DNA from: Styela clava
Taxonomy: Eukaryota
DNA length: 64,000 bases
NCBI RefSeq assembly: GCF_964204865.1
Contig: NC_135264.1
Location: forward strand, 10,044,001 to 10,108,000
Reading direction: 5' to 3'
Position 1 is the stretch's first letter; every line of letters begins with the position of its first letter. The translations under genes were made by a program, and so were the position numbers. The notes under the pieces were generated by a model. It searched no databases. It had not been told where the DNA came from and saw only the letters and a program-made list of their open reading frames with translations. This document shows positions 10,247 to 24,481 of this stretch, piece after piece.

Positions 10247-10891
10247 TACTTTCGCGAGTTTTCAGCCGGATGTATGTATGTATGTTTATTCGTCTCGGAA
10301 TACTGTAGTGAGAAATAAATAAATTTCTAATTAATATTTAAGACGTGATGCATGCACAAGACCTCCGAAGATTTCCGTTGAATTTATTTGCGTATTAGGA
10401 ACGGTTTTGTTGGTTAAAATACCTGAAAAGATATACTGAGGCATTAGGATAAAGTAGGGGGTCGTGGCATCTGCCAACCATCTCTGCGTCGGTACCATAA
10501 GTTACCGTATCAAAGTGGAATAGGGGCAGAGTATTACTGCTGTTCTGTGATTGCATTTATTGGATGATAGTTGAAGGTTTATACCAGGATTATAGCACAA
10601 AATTAAGAATTTAGATATTCCCAAGTAGGGATGGGCGATATAGAATACCGAATCTGGAGGATTTGAATCCCTAGGACTCGGTTTCCGCCTCTTCGGCGCC
10701 GTGCGTCAATTTTTGTATTTCTGATAATTTATTAATCAGGGGCGAGCGTTATACTCTCGCAACGAAATCTGTCTTACATGTTTATACTTGTGTTTTCTCG
10801 CAAAGAGCTCGCAAACGCGTTTGCGGCAGATATCAAACACCGTAATCCCAGCTTGGATATTCAGAACGCGAAGACGGCGTTATTGCACCAT

Positions 10892-12260
10892 TTTTGGACA
10901 CGTTTATTGTTGGACACGTTTATTGGACACGTGTAGTGGCCATAACGATCTTTTCAAAATTTTGTTGTTATTGTTATTTTCTTTCGACATTTTCATTAAA
11001 AAATCGTTTTCCTCTCCGAATACTGGACCAATTGCTTTGAAATTTTCAGTGAGTAAAGATTGATTTTTTAGCCTTTTCGTCCGTTTATTTGCTGTGATGT
11101 GGTGCTTTGTTTATAATTTGACGAGTTTTGTTCGAAATAACCGTGTTCTTAATATATATGACGGTCAGAAATGCAATTAGAAGCTCAATGTTTTCAAAGA
11201 TAGAGAAGTTCTGGTAGCGCGGTGACACTGAACTAACTCGTAGCTGTCAAAAGCTTGAAAATACATACAAATATAAGAGATAAAAAGATGACCTTTGGCA
11301 GGTGGGTAGAATTGTGTTTCTTTTAACCATCTTTAAAAGGTTCGCGTTTTTACATTTAAAGGAGGGAGAATAGGGGGGTGCGCATTCCCAATATCTTTGT
11401 CAACCAATCTGCGACCACCGTGTTTTTGTCTGTTTGATTCCTGTGATGTGGTGCGTTGTTTATACAGGTACTGGTAAGTCACCGAATATGATTTTTTGGA
11501 GAATTGTTCTGCGTGTCCATATATTTGAGCATTGCTCTTTTGTTTTATTATCATTGGTGCCGACTGTCATCTTACAGGCGATTTTTCGATTGCAACAATC
11601 TTAATTTTTTGAAATAGTGGAGCATTCTTTTCTTTTATATCAAATGACTTTCCGAGTTCTCCCGGAGAATGATGAGTACCCGACGTTAGATGATAAAACA
11701 TTATTTGCGATTACTTTAGATCAAATTTTACTTTTCACGACACCCGGTTTCCGAAAAAACAAGTTATAACGCAAAACAATGCGCTTTGTCACATTTATTT
11801 TGCCCTACCAATAAAATACATATATCTTGGATTTCGAGTCGCTGATGAATCCGTTCCTATCGCCCAAGCGCGACACACGCTTGGTCGAGTGTCGGGCGGT
11901 ATTTTAGTTGACGATAAATTAAAAAAGTTGCGATGATAACTGGAAATAAAAATTGATAACAGAATTGAATTTGTCTCAAGATGTTATTTTATGAGTTTTG
12001 CTCTCAGAAGCAATCGTTTCCTGTCAAAGGCACAAAAATCTCGAATCTCTTGAAGTCCACAGAAATGTTTGAAAAAGGTAAAAGTAATAGCCTTCTGGCA
12101 AAAAAACAATCTTTAACCACTGAAAATTTCAAAGCAATTGGTCCAGTATTCGGAGAGAAAAGCGATTTCATCATGGCGAAAGAGAAGAATAATACTAATA
12201 ACAAGAACAACAACATAATATTGAAACGATCGTTATGTACACTGACGGGTCCAAAAATGT
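10892..12260. repeat. Inverted pair of a ~170-bp interspersed repeat (10892-11075 and 12090-12260); either long TIRs of one element or two Helentron-like ends
   Basis: CTCTCCGAATACTGGACCAATTGCTTTGAAATTTTCAGTG near 11012-11051 has its reverse complement near 12118-12157; CATAACGATC/GATCGTTATG also match. Confidence 0.75.
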
Positions 12261-15200
12261 TAGATTAAATATGTATATTATGGTCATTTATATGGACAGT
12301 TGTGCAAGGTGGGTTGATTGGTGTGGTGAAAGTGGTAACTGGTAAGGGTGGTGTATGCAAAACTGGTCATACGAGGAGTTTATAAGACAAGACAATATAT
12401 ATAAATAGAGAGACAACACAACACCAAATACAGATACATAATGATGAAATCAAAATTTAGGCGTAACTACAAGACCTTTGAGTGGTGAGACCATATAATT
12501 TAAATGAGCGAAGTATAAAAGTTGAATGTCGGTTTTTGTGTCTATATGGTATGCGTCACTCAAGGGTGATAGTAGAGTTTTCAATAGAATGTGACTATTT
12601 CAGCAAAAATGTGAACCATGCAGATTTTGGTGAAATACTTCATTTCACGTATCAAAATTTAGGTTTTCTTGTCACTTAATCAGTGTTAACAATCATTGTA
12701 GTTGGTTAACAAATACATAACTTTCCTGAGTTTCAATTCTGGATTACATTCTACTCCAATTACAACTCCGCATTTCGAGAGAACCAAACCTGAATGACCA
12801 AAATTCTGTATGTATTCGTTGAAATTTTTCATTCCCGCTTCAAGAACTTCTAAAATTCTGACTCATAATAAGTCAAATTTTTGTCTCTGGCGTCGGCACC
12901 AGTACCAATAACCACATACCAATATAAAACTTCGATTCTACAGCATGGTATGTATATAGAATAGAGCGAGAATTAATAGAATCTGGTAGTCGCCAGTGGG
13001 CAATATTGAGCAGAATATTTTGAAATATTGAAAACAGACTGTGTTCTTGGATAGACTTTCAGACACACTGCCTTTTCATGCTTCCTTTTGAGAGATTTTA
13101 AAAACAGATTCATATACTTTATTGATTGTGGAGTATCAGTGGCCCAAGTATTTTGGACGTTTTATCAATCTTTGAAATTAATTTTAGAGATTTTTCGTAT
13201 TTGCACTATCTAATGCGTTTTGTAATCAAATGTTATTTTTTATTGAAAAAATTTGAAATCGAATTGCCTTCTCGAAAAATCCAAAAATAAATCTTATTCA
13301 CTCTCTCAACTAGCATACCATTTTTTCCTCTCCCACATTCGTGGTAATATTCAGTATAACTAATAGAATGAGACAGAGAAGAACTTTATTATATTTGAAA
13401 ATATAATATATATAGTATAAATAAATATAAAAAAACGTTTTGAATACCGACTGTGCGGTAACCATGCAACCGTGCGATATTCAGAGTAATTTACCACCTA
13501 ATCTCCATGACTTATTGTCTGTGCATTGTTACGTGTCGTTGGTGCGAAATGGAGTTTTATTATTGTTCAAAATGAATATTTTAAAAATTGGCATACCTAT
13601 TTTAACAAAAAAATATGTCATTTTACGACTTCAATACGAAACGCGCAAGATACGTATGGAAGCATGATCGGGCGTGATCGAATACCTTTAGATCAACGGA
13701 CAACGGTGGCCGCATGGGAGGTTGGATGAAGTAGAACAGAGAGTAAATTGTGAATATAAAAAAATCAAATTTAATGGATATATTTCATTTGAACTCTAAA
13801 TTCAGCATACAGGCGAGGAAATGTACGACAAAAAGGCAAAAAATGCCTCCTAGGATTTTTTAAAATTAATATAAGGATCGGGCATAGAAAATTGATTTTG
13901 GTTTATGCAAATAGTTTCATAGTATTTGGGTTTTAGATCGTTATTAGTTTGATGGTGCTACTGTGACTTTAAAATTATAGTATATGTTATGATGCCTTAT
14001 GTTTTCCAAAATATTCAAGTTTTTCAGGTGATTACTAAACTAATGTATTTTAAAATATCCTGGTTCAGGTTGGCTCCCATCTAGCTTTTGCTTTGAGTTA
14101 TCATCCAGTAGTTGGCTATGTAAATGCTGAAAAACCACAGTGGAAAAAACAATAAGAGTCAAGTTAATGATTCAGTCTGGCTAATCATTGGTGGTGAATG
14201 ACTAACGCTTCAAACTCGCTAATACCATTTAAACAAATATTCAAAAGTGTCCTTGACAAAGTAGAGGAACGAAACAAACAGGAACAGAACACTTCAGAGC
14301 AAGTCAACTGAATGTTCTATACACTACACACAAAAAAATCAGTCCAATACATTGCTGAAATATTGTTGAAAATTTACATTGTGAATATTTGACTGTGTGG
14401 TAGTTTTTTTTTTATGTTTTTATTCCAATAATTATAATCCGTGGTGCGCAAATGAGTCGTACATAATTGTTGGTCGGAATCGGATCGAAATTAACAACTC
14501 TGACTGTGAACCTCATCGATTGTCCTTAAATTAGAATCATACGTCACGTCTTGATACCAAAGTCTGTATTGGCTTTTATGTTCATTGAAGCGTAAGTAAT
14601 TTTACCACCATGATATTATACTCAGAACAAAGACAAACTGCAAAACGTAGAAGACGACTTTTTGGTATCCAACGGAGCATAAATGCGGGTTGGTGTCTTT
14701 TGTGCAAAATGCACCACCATATTGCCCTAAATCTTATTCTCTAAGCTTACCTTGGTCATTTGCATTAGGATATTTATACCTTTTTATCGCAGATCATCAT
14801 CAGGTCAAATTTACTTTCGAACACAATGGTTCATTTTATTTTTCCCACAAAAGGTTTTCGCGCAAAAGTACTTTTACTTTTTACTTACTATCCATAAAAC
14901 AAGATAGTGATCAGCACGCCCATTTCAAAACTACGAACTCAGCTCAAATGCAAATGGTAAATATATGTTTCATGGGATAGAAGTTATCTAGTTGCAAGAC
15001 TCTTAATTACATCGTCAAGCCTGAATGTTGATTGTTGTTTATCGCCACGTTCATTGACGTTTTGAAAAATGCCAAATTCATTATTAGTGTAGATACTTGG
15101 CAAGACTGATTAGCTAAACCTTCTCAATTTGAACAAGCCGTATTATTAGCTTCCCTCTCCAGATTGACCTGACACCCATCGTTCATTTGTTTATGGGCAA

Positions 15201-17804
15201 AAATTTCTTTTAAAATAAAAACTAACGGGGCATGAAATATTATTGTACGACGGAACGCGAAACGGCCTTTGCTAAAAGGGTCATGTGAAAATATAACACT
15301 GTTGGTCTTGTCGACAGCTAGTTGCAAAATATGCAATTTACTCGCCCGGAATAAACACACTCGTTGGTGTTGAAAAATCGATAATTTGGGTTGACGTATT
15401 CTGAAGCGTAGTAATGTGAACAGATAGTAGGCCTTATTTCTTTGAAATGTTCATTTGGTGTCAATGCAGTGAAAGGATTTATTTGAATCACCATGACATT
15501 CACTTTTAAAAAAACACTTGTGAAGTGTTTCAAACTATTTCTAGAGAAATTGAAGAAGTTTTAGGTAGTTCCAACTTAGAACATAAGGTTTTTGTTTAGC
15601 CGTTTTCGATATGATTCCTACTATGTTTTTTTTTACAATATTTGCAATACTTCATATTGGAAAATTATAATAACAATATATACTATCAAGCATTTAAAGG
15701 TAACCCAGGAAAGTAAAGCAACTCTAGTGACACGAAATCCGATTTGGCCAATTTATAAAAGAATTAAACTCATCTATAACACGCCTCTAATTGAACAAAC
15801 TCATAACCATGGTTTCGATCGGGCATGGCTCGTAGATAGAAGTGCATTGTTCAATCAACATTTTATAAACCTCAATCTTAGTGAGTCCCTTATCAATTGT
15901 AAAACGACTCATTTCTCCCACGCATGTGACATACGAGTGGAAATCCTAACCTCTAGTTTCTCACGTCATTCGTTTCATATTTCGTATTGTGTATTTGCTT
16001 GCCAATGCGAAATCATTCTTCCTAAAGACAATACTTTTTTACGAGCAGATGTATATTTGATTGATGTTCCGATGCATAACAATTAAGCCTCGTATCTGAC
16101 GACGCTGGAGTGAAAAGGCTTCGCCATGATGTAAGGCGTCGAGAATGAAACGACCGTTGGTTGGTTGGTTAATTTGAGGATGAAACTTTTTGTTGTCTTG
16201 CCAGGTTATTTTTTGTTTTGAGATGTTAACAAGTTGACAATTAACAATGGTGAACTCAATGCTCACGACATATTTGGCCAGAAACCCGATCAATTTCCGA
16301 CTCGTCAGCCATCACAAGTAGTCTCACTCAACTGCTATTACATCCAACATATTGGTAGGTATCCCAGTCAACAAAAACTATAGATAGAGTTATAATTACT
16401 GATTTTTTCAATGCCAATTACTTCATATTTATTCGTGACTACTTTTCAACAAAAGTTTGTTCAATGTGAACTTTAGTCCTATCTTATCGATCCAAAGTTC
16501 GCAATATGAGTGAGATGAAAGAGAAAAATTACAGTATAAAATAATTTTTCCGCCAAATTTTATTTCAGATAATTTTACCAAATGGTAAAAACTACAAGAG
16601 GGCTCATCTCTTTTAAAAATTGAATTCAAATATGCGAAATGCGATTTTGCGGACTATGATGTAATGTGTACAATACATTATTGTATTTACAGACCGATAA
16701 CGGTATACCTTGAATCAAAATTATCGTTCTTTGGGTGTCATCGAACTAAAATAAATAAACTCGTCGTTGTTCTTGATTCCCGCGCAAATTTGTTATTCTC
16801 GCTATAACGATTTGAGTGTTCTGAAATGTGTATTTTCAAGTTTGAATGTTTACCAAGTAGATCATCGGGTACTTGAATGAATGATTCAACATACTTTTGG
16901 ATAAAAGTGTTTGCGTAGGTTGGTGATGTCTAGCAGGCGTTTTATCTGCTGAGGTGGGTAATTGTATTAGATAAATAAGTTTGACCCATGGATGGTAAGT
17001 GGTGCGACAAATCTTTTTGTCCTATTGACAATAATACCGTAACGTCGTAATAGATTAATCTGGCGACGCATAACACAATCCTTTTTTAGAAATGATAGTG
17101 TATATTACATAAACATATAGCGCCACTGAACTTCATAAAAATACACTTTTTGAGCAGTTCATTCATCGTATAAATTCGGATACCCTCTTATTACTCATAT
17201 GCTCGTTTGCCGTTTTATGGTAATTTTATATATCATTGTCTACTCAAGTTTATACTAACAAAAAGATTTCAGCATCAAAAAAACTTAGATGACACGCATG
17301 GCTAGTGCACCCATTACATATCGCCAATATTATTCCATGATCTGCATTCAAATGTACACAACTAAAACTCGTTCATCCAAATATAACCTCCGTGTATAAT
17401 GTCATTTTACATCTGTATGATTACAGAACATTCTCGTGGGACAAAGCTTCTTAAAATCTTATCTTGTATTAAATGCAGGAATACTCCCTTATGTTTAATT
17501 GGACTTAAAATCAATTTTAATATAGAAAAAATGTGGAAGTATTTATCAATATTTTCCCGTGGACAATTATAAAAAAAAATGACTATTCTCAAATTTTGCA
17601 CATTTTTGATTGATTGATGTTGCGGCAATATTTTTTGCGGTGTTCTGATTTGGGTGATGACCGCTGCTTATTTGTGATTGAGTTCAAATTTAAATGCGAC
17701 AGGCGCTGTCGTCTTCTATTGCTGTATTCCGTTGCCACATTCTATCATACAGTAGCGCCCGTTAGAATTTTCCATTCCAACATAAGCCTAGTCATTCTTT
17801 GGAT

Positions 17805-17908
17805 GCTCCCGAAGTATGTGCACTAAGATGGCGCACAACCTGAACATAGTGTGTGTACCAGGTTGGGGTTCAGGTTGTGCGTCATCTTGGGGAACATACC
17901 TCGGAAGC
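17805..17908. mobile_element. ~100-bp MITE-like inverted repeat
   Basis: GCTCCCGAAGTATGT...AAGATGGCGCACAACCTGAAC / GTTCAGGTTGTGCGTCATCTT...ACATACCTCGGAAGC. Confidence 0.65.
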
Positions 17909-20900
17909 TCCTGTGAATAATAGATAATCTTAGATTCGCATTTTAAATATAGGATAGCAAATATCCCGCGGTGAAGGTAAATGTTTCTGGCGGAAGCATT
18001 ATTTTAAAATGCTTGCAATGCTATTACTAACGCAGTGGGAGTCTTGGAAAACAACAATCTAATTTCTCCTGTTGACGTGCAAATCAAATTGTTCTCAACA
18101 CAGGCATGGTTCATACTTGAATCAGGATCGTATCACCCATGGCCAAATATTGTTTGTACACAACGCCAAAATGAGATATGAGCTTTATTGTGCAAACTAT
18201 TAAAAAAAATTCATGCAGTTATTTCGTTATTTAAATATAAGGAACGGCAATTTTAATAAAACTGTATTGGTTATTGAGTATTAGCGGGATATCACGATGA
18301 AAATAGTTTTGTGTTTAAAGATTTATCTCCAATACATGGAGTCTTACGAGAAATAGCGGAAAAGATTACTGCTTCTGCAGTCTGAGGAAATACAGCGTCC
18401 TTCTAGTTTTATTAGTCAGGGCAGTACCTCTGTTATTAAGTATTTTGTGAACAACTAAACGACTCGCACTTTTTTCCACGCCGAGAGGAGAAAACGCGGC
18501 CATCGCGTCACGGCTTATGGGACTCGATAAATGAAGTCATTCGTCACTTGTTCGCCGCGAGCAAAGGTTGGTTTTTGTCATAATAGGTTTACTGATCTTA
18601 TCGTTTCCGAAAGTGGGTTACAAGTTTTTAAATATTAAAGTCTTTAGAATAAGCTTAAAAGAAGAGAAGTTGCATTATTTAAATTGTGGGGTAGTGAATG
18701 GTGATGTAGAATTTAGAGTAGAAAATATTGAGGATTCGAATCTTCAACTATTTGATTATTGTAGCATCGCATCCCATAAACGAAGATTTTTGATATGATT
18801 CCAATCAAGTATTCATCTTTGCTCAAGGTATGTATGTAGCTTCCGAAGACAAAGTTAAGAGGATTGTTTGATTGACATTTATATTTTATAAAATCATTTA
18901 TATATTATTTCAATTGTCATAATCGCCGCAAAAACGTCCTTAGTCCACTTTATGCGTAGAAAAATGCGACGTCGAAGTGTGCTTGTTGTTGATAACAATG
19001 TATAAATTTCAATTCTCAATAATTTTGGCGAGATGCTTATATAATCTGACAATGCCCATATGCTAAATTCAAGAGCATTTTAATCCGAGCGACACTTCGC
19101 GAATACGAATAATTGAGCAAAGGCAAACATGCCTTGTATAACTTCCCCCTTAGCGTAGATACTCAAATTAAAACGTTTGAAGTGCACTTGGACTTTTGAA
19201 ATCTGCTTAATTAATAGTGTTCAAATGTTTAAGCGCCAGAAATGCCTTTGTATGCGCTGTGATATATTAAAAACAGACTTCTAGATTTTTTTTTTAAATC
19301 AGTAGGGCGTGAAACATGTTTTTATCGATGTTAAAAGCTACAATTAACAGATTTTCCACGACATTGACCTTGGAATGAAAATTACTTCGATTATGACGTC
19401 ATAATATTCCGCAAGGCGTCATGCGCGGGAAGACTTAATGAACGAAGTATCAGAGTGGAACAAAAGTTCGGCCGAGTACGATTATTTCGGTCTTATCAGT
19501 AATTATTCTTATATGTTAAATAATTTAACTAGTTCCTTGTGAATCTTGAACGTTCTTGACCTTTGTTTTTGTCGACTGTTGGAGATACCGACACTTCCGT
19601 CGTATATTGTTGGAGATTTTTGGTTCCACACCCAATACAAAGACTCTACTTTTTACATGGATATCATATATTTTCTGCCAGGCCATGACAATTATCAAAA
19701 TGTCAACTTGAACTTTCAATTACCTAATTATTTTAATAAAGCCATGTGTTTCGGTGTGTCGTATGACGTTTCACTGACGCCAGTCTTCTGCGTTTATTTT
19801 CGATTTGGATTATTTTTATTTCACATTCAGCTAATGGTTAAAGATAGTGTATTGGCGCGAAAATATATGTTATAAACTATTCTTTGAGTACTTGGATAAG
19901 CCAGCTGTCGCCATGTTTCGTCGAATTTCTTCTCAATCAGTTTACTGAAGAGCGTCAACTTGATGAGAAAAGGGCCCTCTATTGACAGAGAAATATGAAC
20001 GATGATGCCTCTCTACACGGAGTTCGATTACTGTGTAAATGTACGTTCAATCAACTACGAACCATAATTAGATTTCAATAGCCCATACCCGATAGTAAAA
20101 TACACTTCCCAACTTCGGCAGCATGTAATTTAATTGATAAAATTTTACCACGGTTTTCCAACCTGCCTATGGTTTGATTGATGGCTATCGTGTCGGTGTT
20201 AAGTGCTCCTACAGTCCACGAAGAGGGTCACTACTCACTAGAACTGCATTTAGCAATTAGGCGTTTTCAGACATAGAGACAATGCAGTATGAAAAAGTCC
20301 ACACTGAGGTTTGACTCAAAGTTTGGCTAACATCCAGCGAATGGGTGTTTGTTGTATATTTCAACTATCATACACCTTGAAAATTCGAACACACTTAACA
20401 TGGCAAATAGACCAATGTTGCCATAATATTACTAGAGTCAATTTTTGATTTTGGGGAAATTGGTAATAAGATTTCTGCTATCTCTGTTGTGATTTCCGTT
20501 TAAAATTCTTCACAAGTTTTGTCATCGAATGTAAGGGAATATGACGTCATTTTTACAATTTCATAGAAAAAATTATCTTGCTTTCTAACATTAAAACTTG
20601 AAGTTCTCCATCGAATTTTTTTCCATGGCCTATTTTCTTTATTTCGGTATATTTATTCACTTGCAGTTACCCTATATTGAATCCCGTTTGCATAATCTTA
20701 CTCTCAGAGCTTTATATAGTAATTCAACAGCGGCATTCATATGACCCATGTGCCCATCCAAAGTGACCTTTTTTGCTAATTTCAGGATATTTATGCTACA
20801 TCCGGAAATACCTTGTGTAAAGAAGCATGTTTCCATACAATCACATCAAAACTATATCAATATATAACTGAAATAACATGGGTTTTCTTTTCCATCTTGA

Positions 20901-23900
20901 TATCACCAAAAATCGGTTAGATTTCTTAGGTTAGTTAAACGATCATGGAATAAAAAGGGAGCATCGACAGCGCGTTGTACCGTCAAAGTGAAACATTTAT
21001 TACTGCGACAGCGCATGTTTCCAGACTAGACGAGAGTGAACAATAATCTCCTTGAACTAATAGTTTTGTTTACCGAAATTTTCATAATTATCTTCGCCCA
21101 ATATACCTAATTGATCTCTTCCGGCTTATATTATAATTCTTATATTCCGGCATTCTTATAATTCTACACTCAAGCAATCAAGTTCATACCCTCTCGTTTG
21201 ATAATGTTGCACTAGACGTCAATCTGTTATCAATATAATATTAGATGAAATGTATAATATTAGATGCATGTTCAGCTCGATTACTTACCTTTGCGTTGTG
21301 CCGTGCTCGAAATATGATGAATGTCAGAATTATGTTTCCCCTTTTTTCTGCCTTCGAATTATCACGAAAAAGTAGCGTCTCTAAATAGAAACTTCATTAT
21401 CAGCGAATTCAGAGTGGCAATTTTGAACTCGATGCTCAAAACTTACTGTGGAACTTACTCGTCGTCAATTCATAATTACTTGGTCATATTATATCTAATA
21501 ATGTTAAAACAAATAATCCGATATTTGTTTGGTATTAAAATGTGATTACCACAAACTTTTTTATTAAATATACCTTCTATGTTCAAAACACTTCGTAAAA
21601 TAGACGCGTCATTGCTATTTCTCTAGTGGTAGTTTGCATTTTCTTTCGATTATTTGCTTGGCGTTGATTGCTATCCATATTCTCAGAAATAAGCACAGTC
21701 ATGTTGAATGTTTCGCAATAAAAAAATGGGTTAATTTTAGTATTCTGGTAAAAACTACCTATACCTTCGACTTAACCTCAAATATACTATGTGAACGATT
21801 GACTGTGCGCATATCGTCTTAATTTAGTTCACATTATGTTACGTCATTATTTACCTACATGGAAAAGTAAATGTAGTTAACATCTGTGCCATATCGTTCA
21901 TTACTTGTGGCATCTTCGACCAAGCTCGGGTTGTAATTTTGCCACGAATTTGTGCGCGGTGTACTTGCAGCCATGTTTGATCACATAAAACACATTAGGT
22001 TAACGACCGCCTCATAAATAATGCTTTAAAACTGAATGTCCAGATGTGTACAGTTAACTGTGCATCAGTACTAAAAAATCACTATTTTAACAAACCGTCT
22101 ACATTTTTGGAAGGCTTACTGTTAATAGGATGTGGGATTAACCAATTGCGATTTTGATCGACAATTTGAAAACCTGTTTTGTATTTATATTCCAATCTAC
22201 ACGCGTCAATCAGAATACCATCGAGCGAAAGAATCATAAATATTGCGCTTGACTAGTTATAGCTGCTTAACGACGTGTCGAAATTCACGTTCATTGTACG
22301 TTGCAAGCTGCTAAAACAATTAAAACTGACTACAGGGCAACCTGCGATTGGAATTGACTGACCAGTTCGAAATTGAACTAGCAGGGGGATGGTTGGTGGA
22401 ATATGCAGTCAGTTGGGATTCATCGAGCGAACACAAATGTACACAAGTAACGTTAATATGTTAGTAAAATCTCAGAGGTTACGGCGTCACTCTTGGGCTT
22501 CTCTCAACACCAATATGGCATCACTCAGTTTCCTTAGCTAATTGAAAACAACGGTGAATTCAAATCCAACCGAGAAATAAATGATTCATTCCTCTGTATT
22601 TCATTTCTGGAGGACGGGCAAATAGATGACAACACCGGCATTGTTCATGAAAACGCATCGAGATCTTGCGAAATATGCAGGTATCGAACGTAAGTACTCG
22701 GAATTTAAATTTAATAACTATGGAAATCGCGCAAAAAAACCTAAAATATTATTGGTCTTACTTTTATGTCACTTTAAATTTAGCTCTTCGGAATCCCGTT
22801 CTTTGTTGCACTCGGTGTGAAATAATTATCAAGCTCACATTTGCGAGCCAATTAGATTATAAAGTATGAGTTTTTATAACAAAGACCACTGTATTGGTAG
22901 TGGTCAATAGATAGGAGTAATCAGACAATGTCTTCCAGCTAGGTTTCAAATTTTACGGCCTTCTGGTCTAAAATGAATTATGCATGGAATTATCGAGCGC
23001 TCTCACGTCAAGTTGTCACAGGACGATGAAGGCCTACTGTTTGGCAATCAAAATATAATAAGAAAGATTTTGACTAAGAAATAGGATGCCGAATGCCTCG
23101 AGGAGTAGAGCGCTTCCCTTGGGTAACGAATATAGTTTTGAGCAATGACTCGAGTGTATTCAAGTTCATATGGCACCATTCTTGGATCAGCTGTTAATAA
23201 GCTAGCTATAGTTGTGTATCTAGTCAGCATTGTTGTAGCCTTCAAGTTGATTTAATTAAGTATATCACATGTTGAGATTGGCTTTTAGCTAATTGTATTC
23301 ATATTGGCTTTATTCCAACTTATAAACCTTCAGGCATTTCTTTTATGATAATTAGGATGATGTAATGATATTTTATAATATTGCTTAATCTTGGAATGAA
23401 AAGCGGTGATAAGTGGCACTCTGTCGAAAACATGCGGTTTTTGGTAAGCTCATTTTGTAAAATTGTGTTCGTCAAATCAATGACGATTTAGCCAATCGTT
23501 CTTCGATCCCTGAGGCTATCAAGATATAAAAAAAATACCGTAGCTATGCCGTTCACGGGTCGCTCGCGTTTCTTAAGTATCGTCAAGGTAGCAAGCAGTT
23601 CCCATTCAAGCGGATTTAGCCAGTTTAGTTATTTCAGAAATCACTTACGCAATGTGCCGTCCATTCTTGATCATCGATTATTTAGACATATATACCGGTA
23701 CTTAGATTTGGAGAGCACAAACAGGAACTTTTCGAGGGTTTATGTATACTATGAAAAGTAAGCCCTGGGCACGTGACGACCGAAGTTAAGCGACAAGGAC
23801 CTCTTCTCTTTATATACTTCCCTTCTGCAACAAAGGGACTTAGCGACGAAAATATTTTGAATTCGTTAAGTATACAGTCGGTGCTTGGAGTATTGTTTCT

Positions 23901-24365
23901 TTGGCATGGAATGTATGGCAAGTCAAAAGTAGTAGCAAGTGAAAGGTACATTTACCGGTATATGTCCGTCGTCAAATATGGGAATATTTATAATATGTTG
24001 ATCACAAAATGCAAAACTAATCGAGCTAATTGTGCTATGTAGCATAGATGAAGAAATTTCCAAATAACGTCGTCTACTCGCTTGCGCTTTTCTAATTTAA
24101 CAATTGTGAAGAATTTTTTTTCTTGATACACCAATATTTCAAATCAAGGAGCGAATCTTCTTCGCTTCTTGCGCATTGATTTTGAGTTGGTTGATCGAGA
24201 TGATTGTACTTATAATAAATATCGATCGAACAATAATTGTTCATCTATATAGAATTTCTTCATCAATATTTAGACGTTATTATTGACAAAATGGCGCATT
24301 TAGGATACAATTCGTATGTTTTTCGATTTATTTATAGTTAATCAATGAAATGATTTAGGTAGATC

Positions 24366-24481
24366 TCCATTTTATGAGACATTTTCCTCTGATTATTTCA
24401 TGTGAAACTGGCATGTAAATGGATCCATTTTATGAGACATTTTCCTCTGATTATTTCATGTGAAACTGGCATGTAAATGGA
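24366..24481. repeat. Perfect 58-bp tandem duplication (2 copies)
   Basis: TCCATTTTATGAGACATTTTCCTCTGATTATTTCATGTGAAACTGGCATGTAAATGGA starts at 24366 and 24424. Confidence 0.9.
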
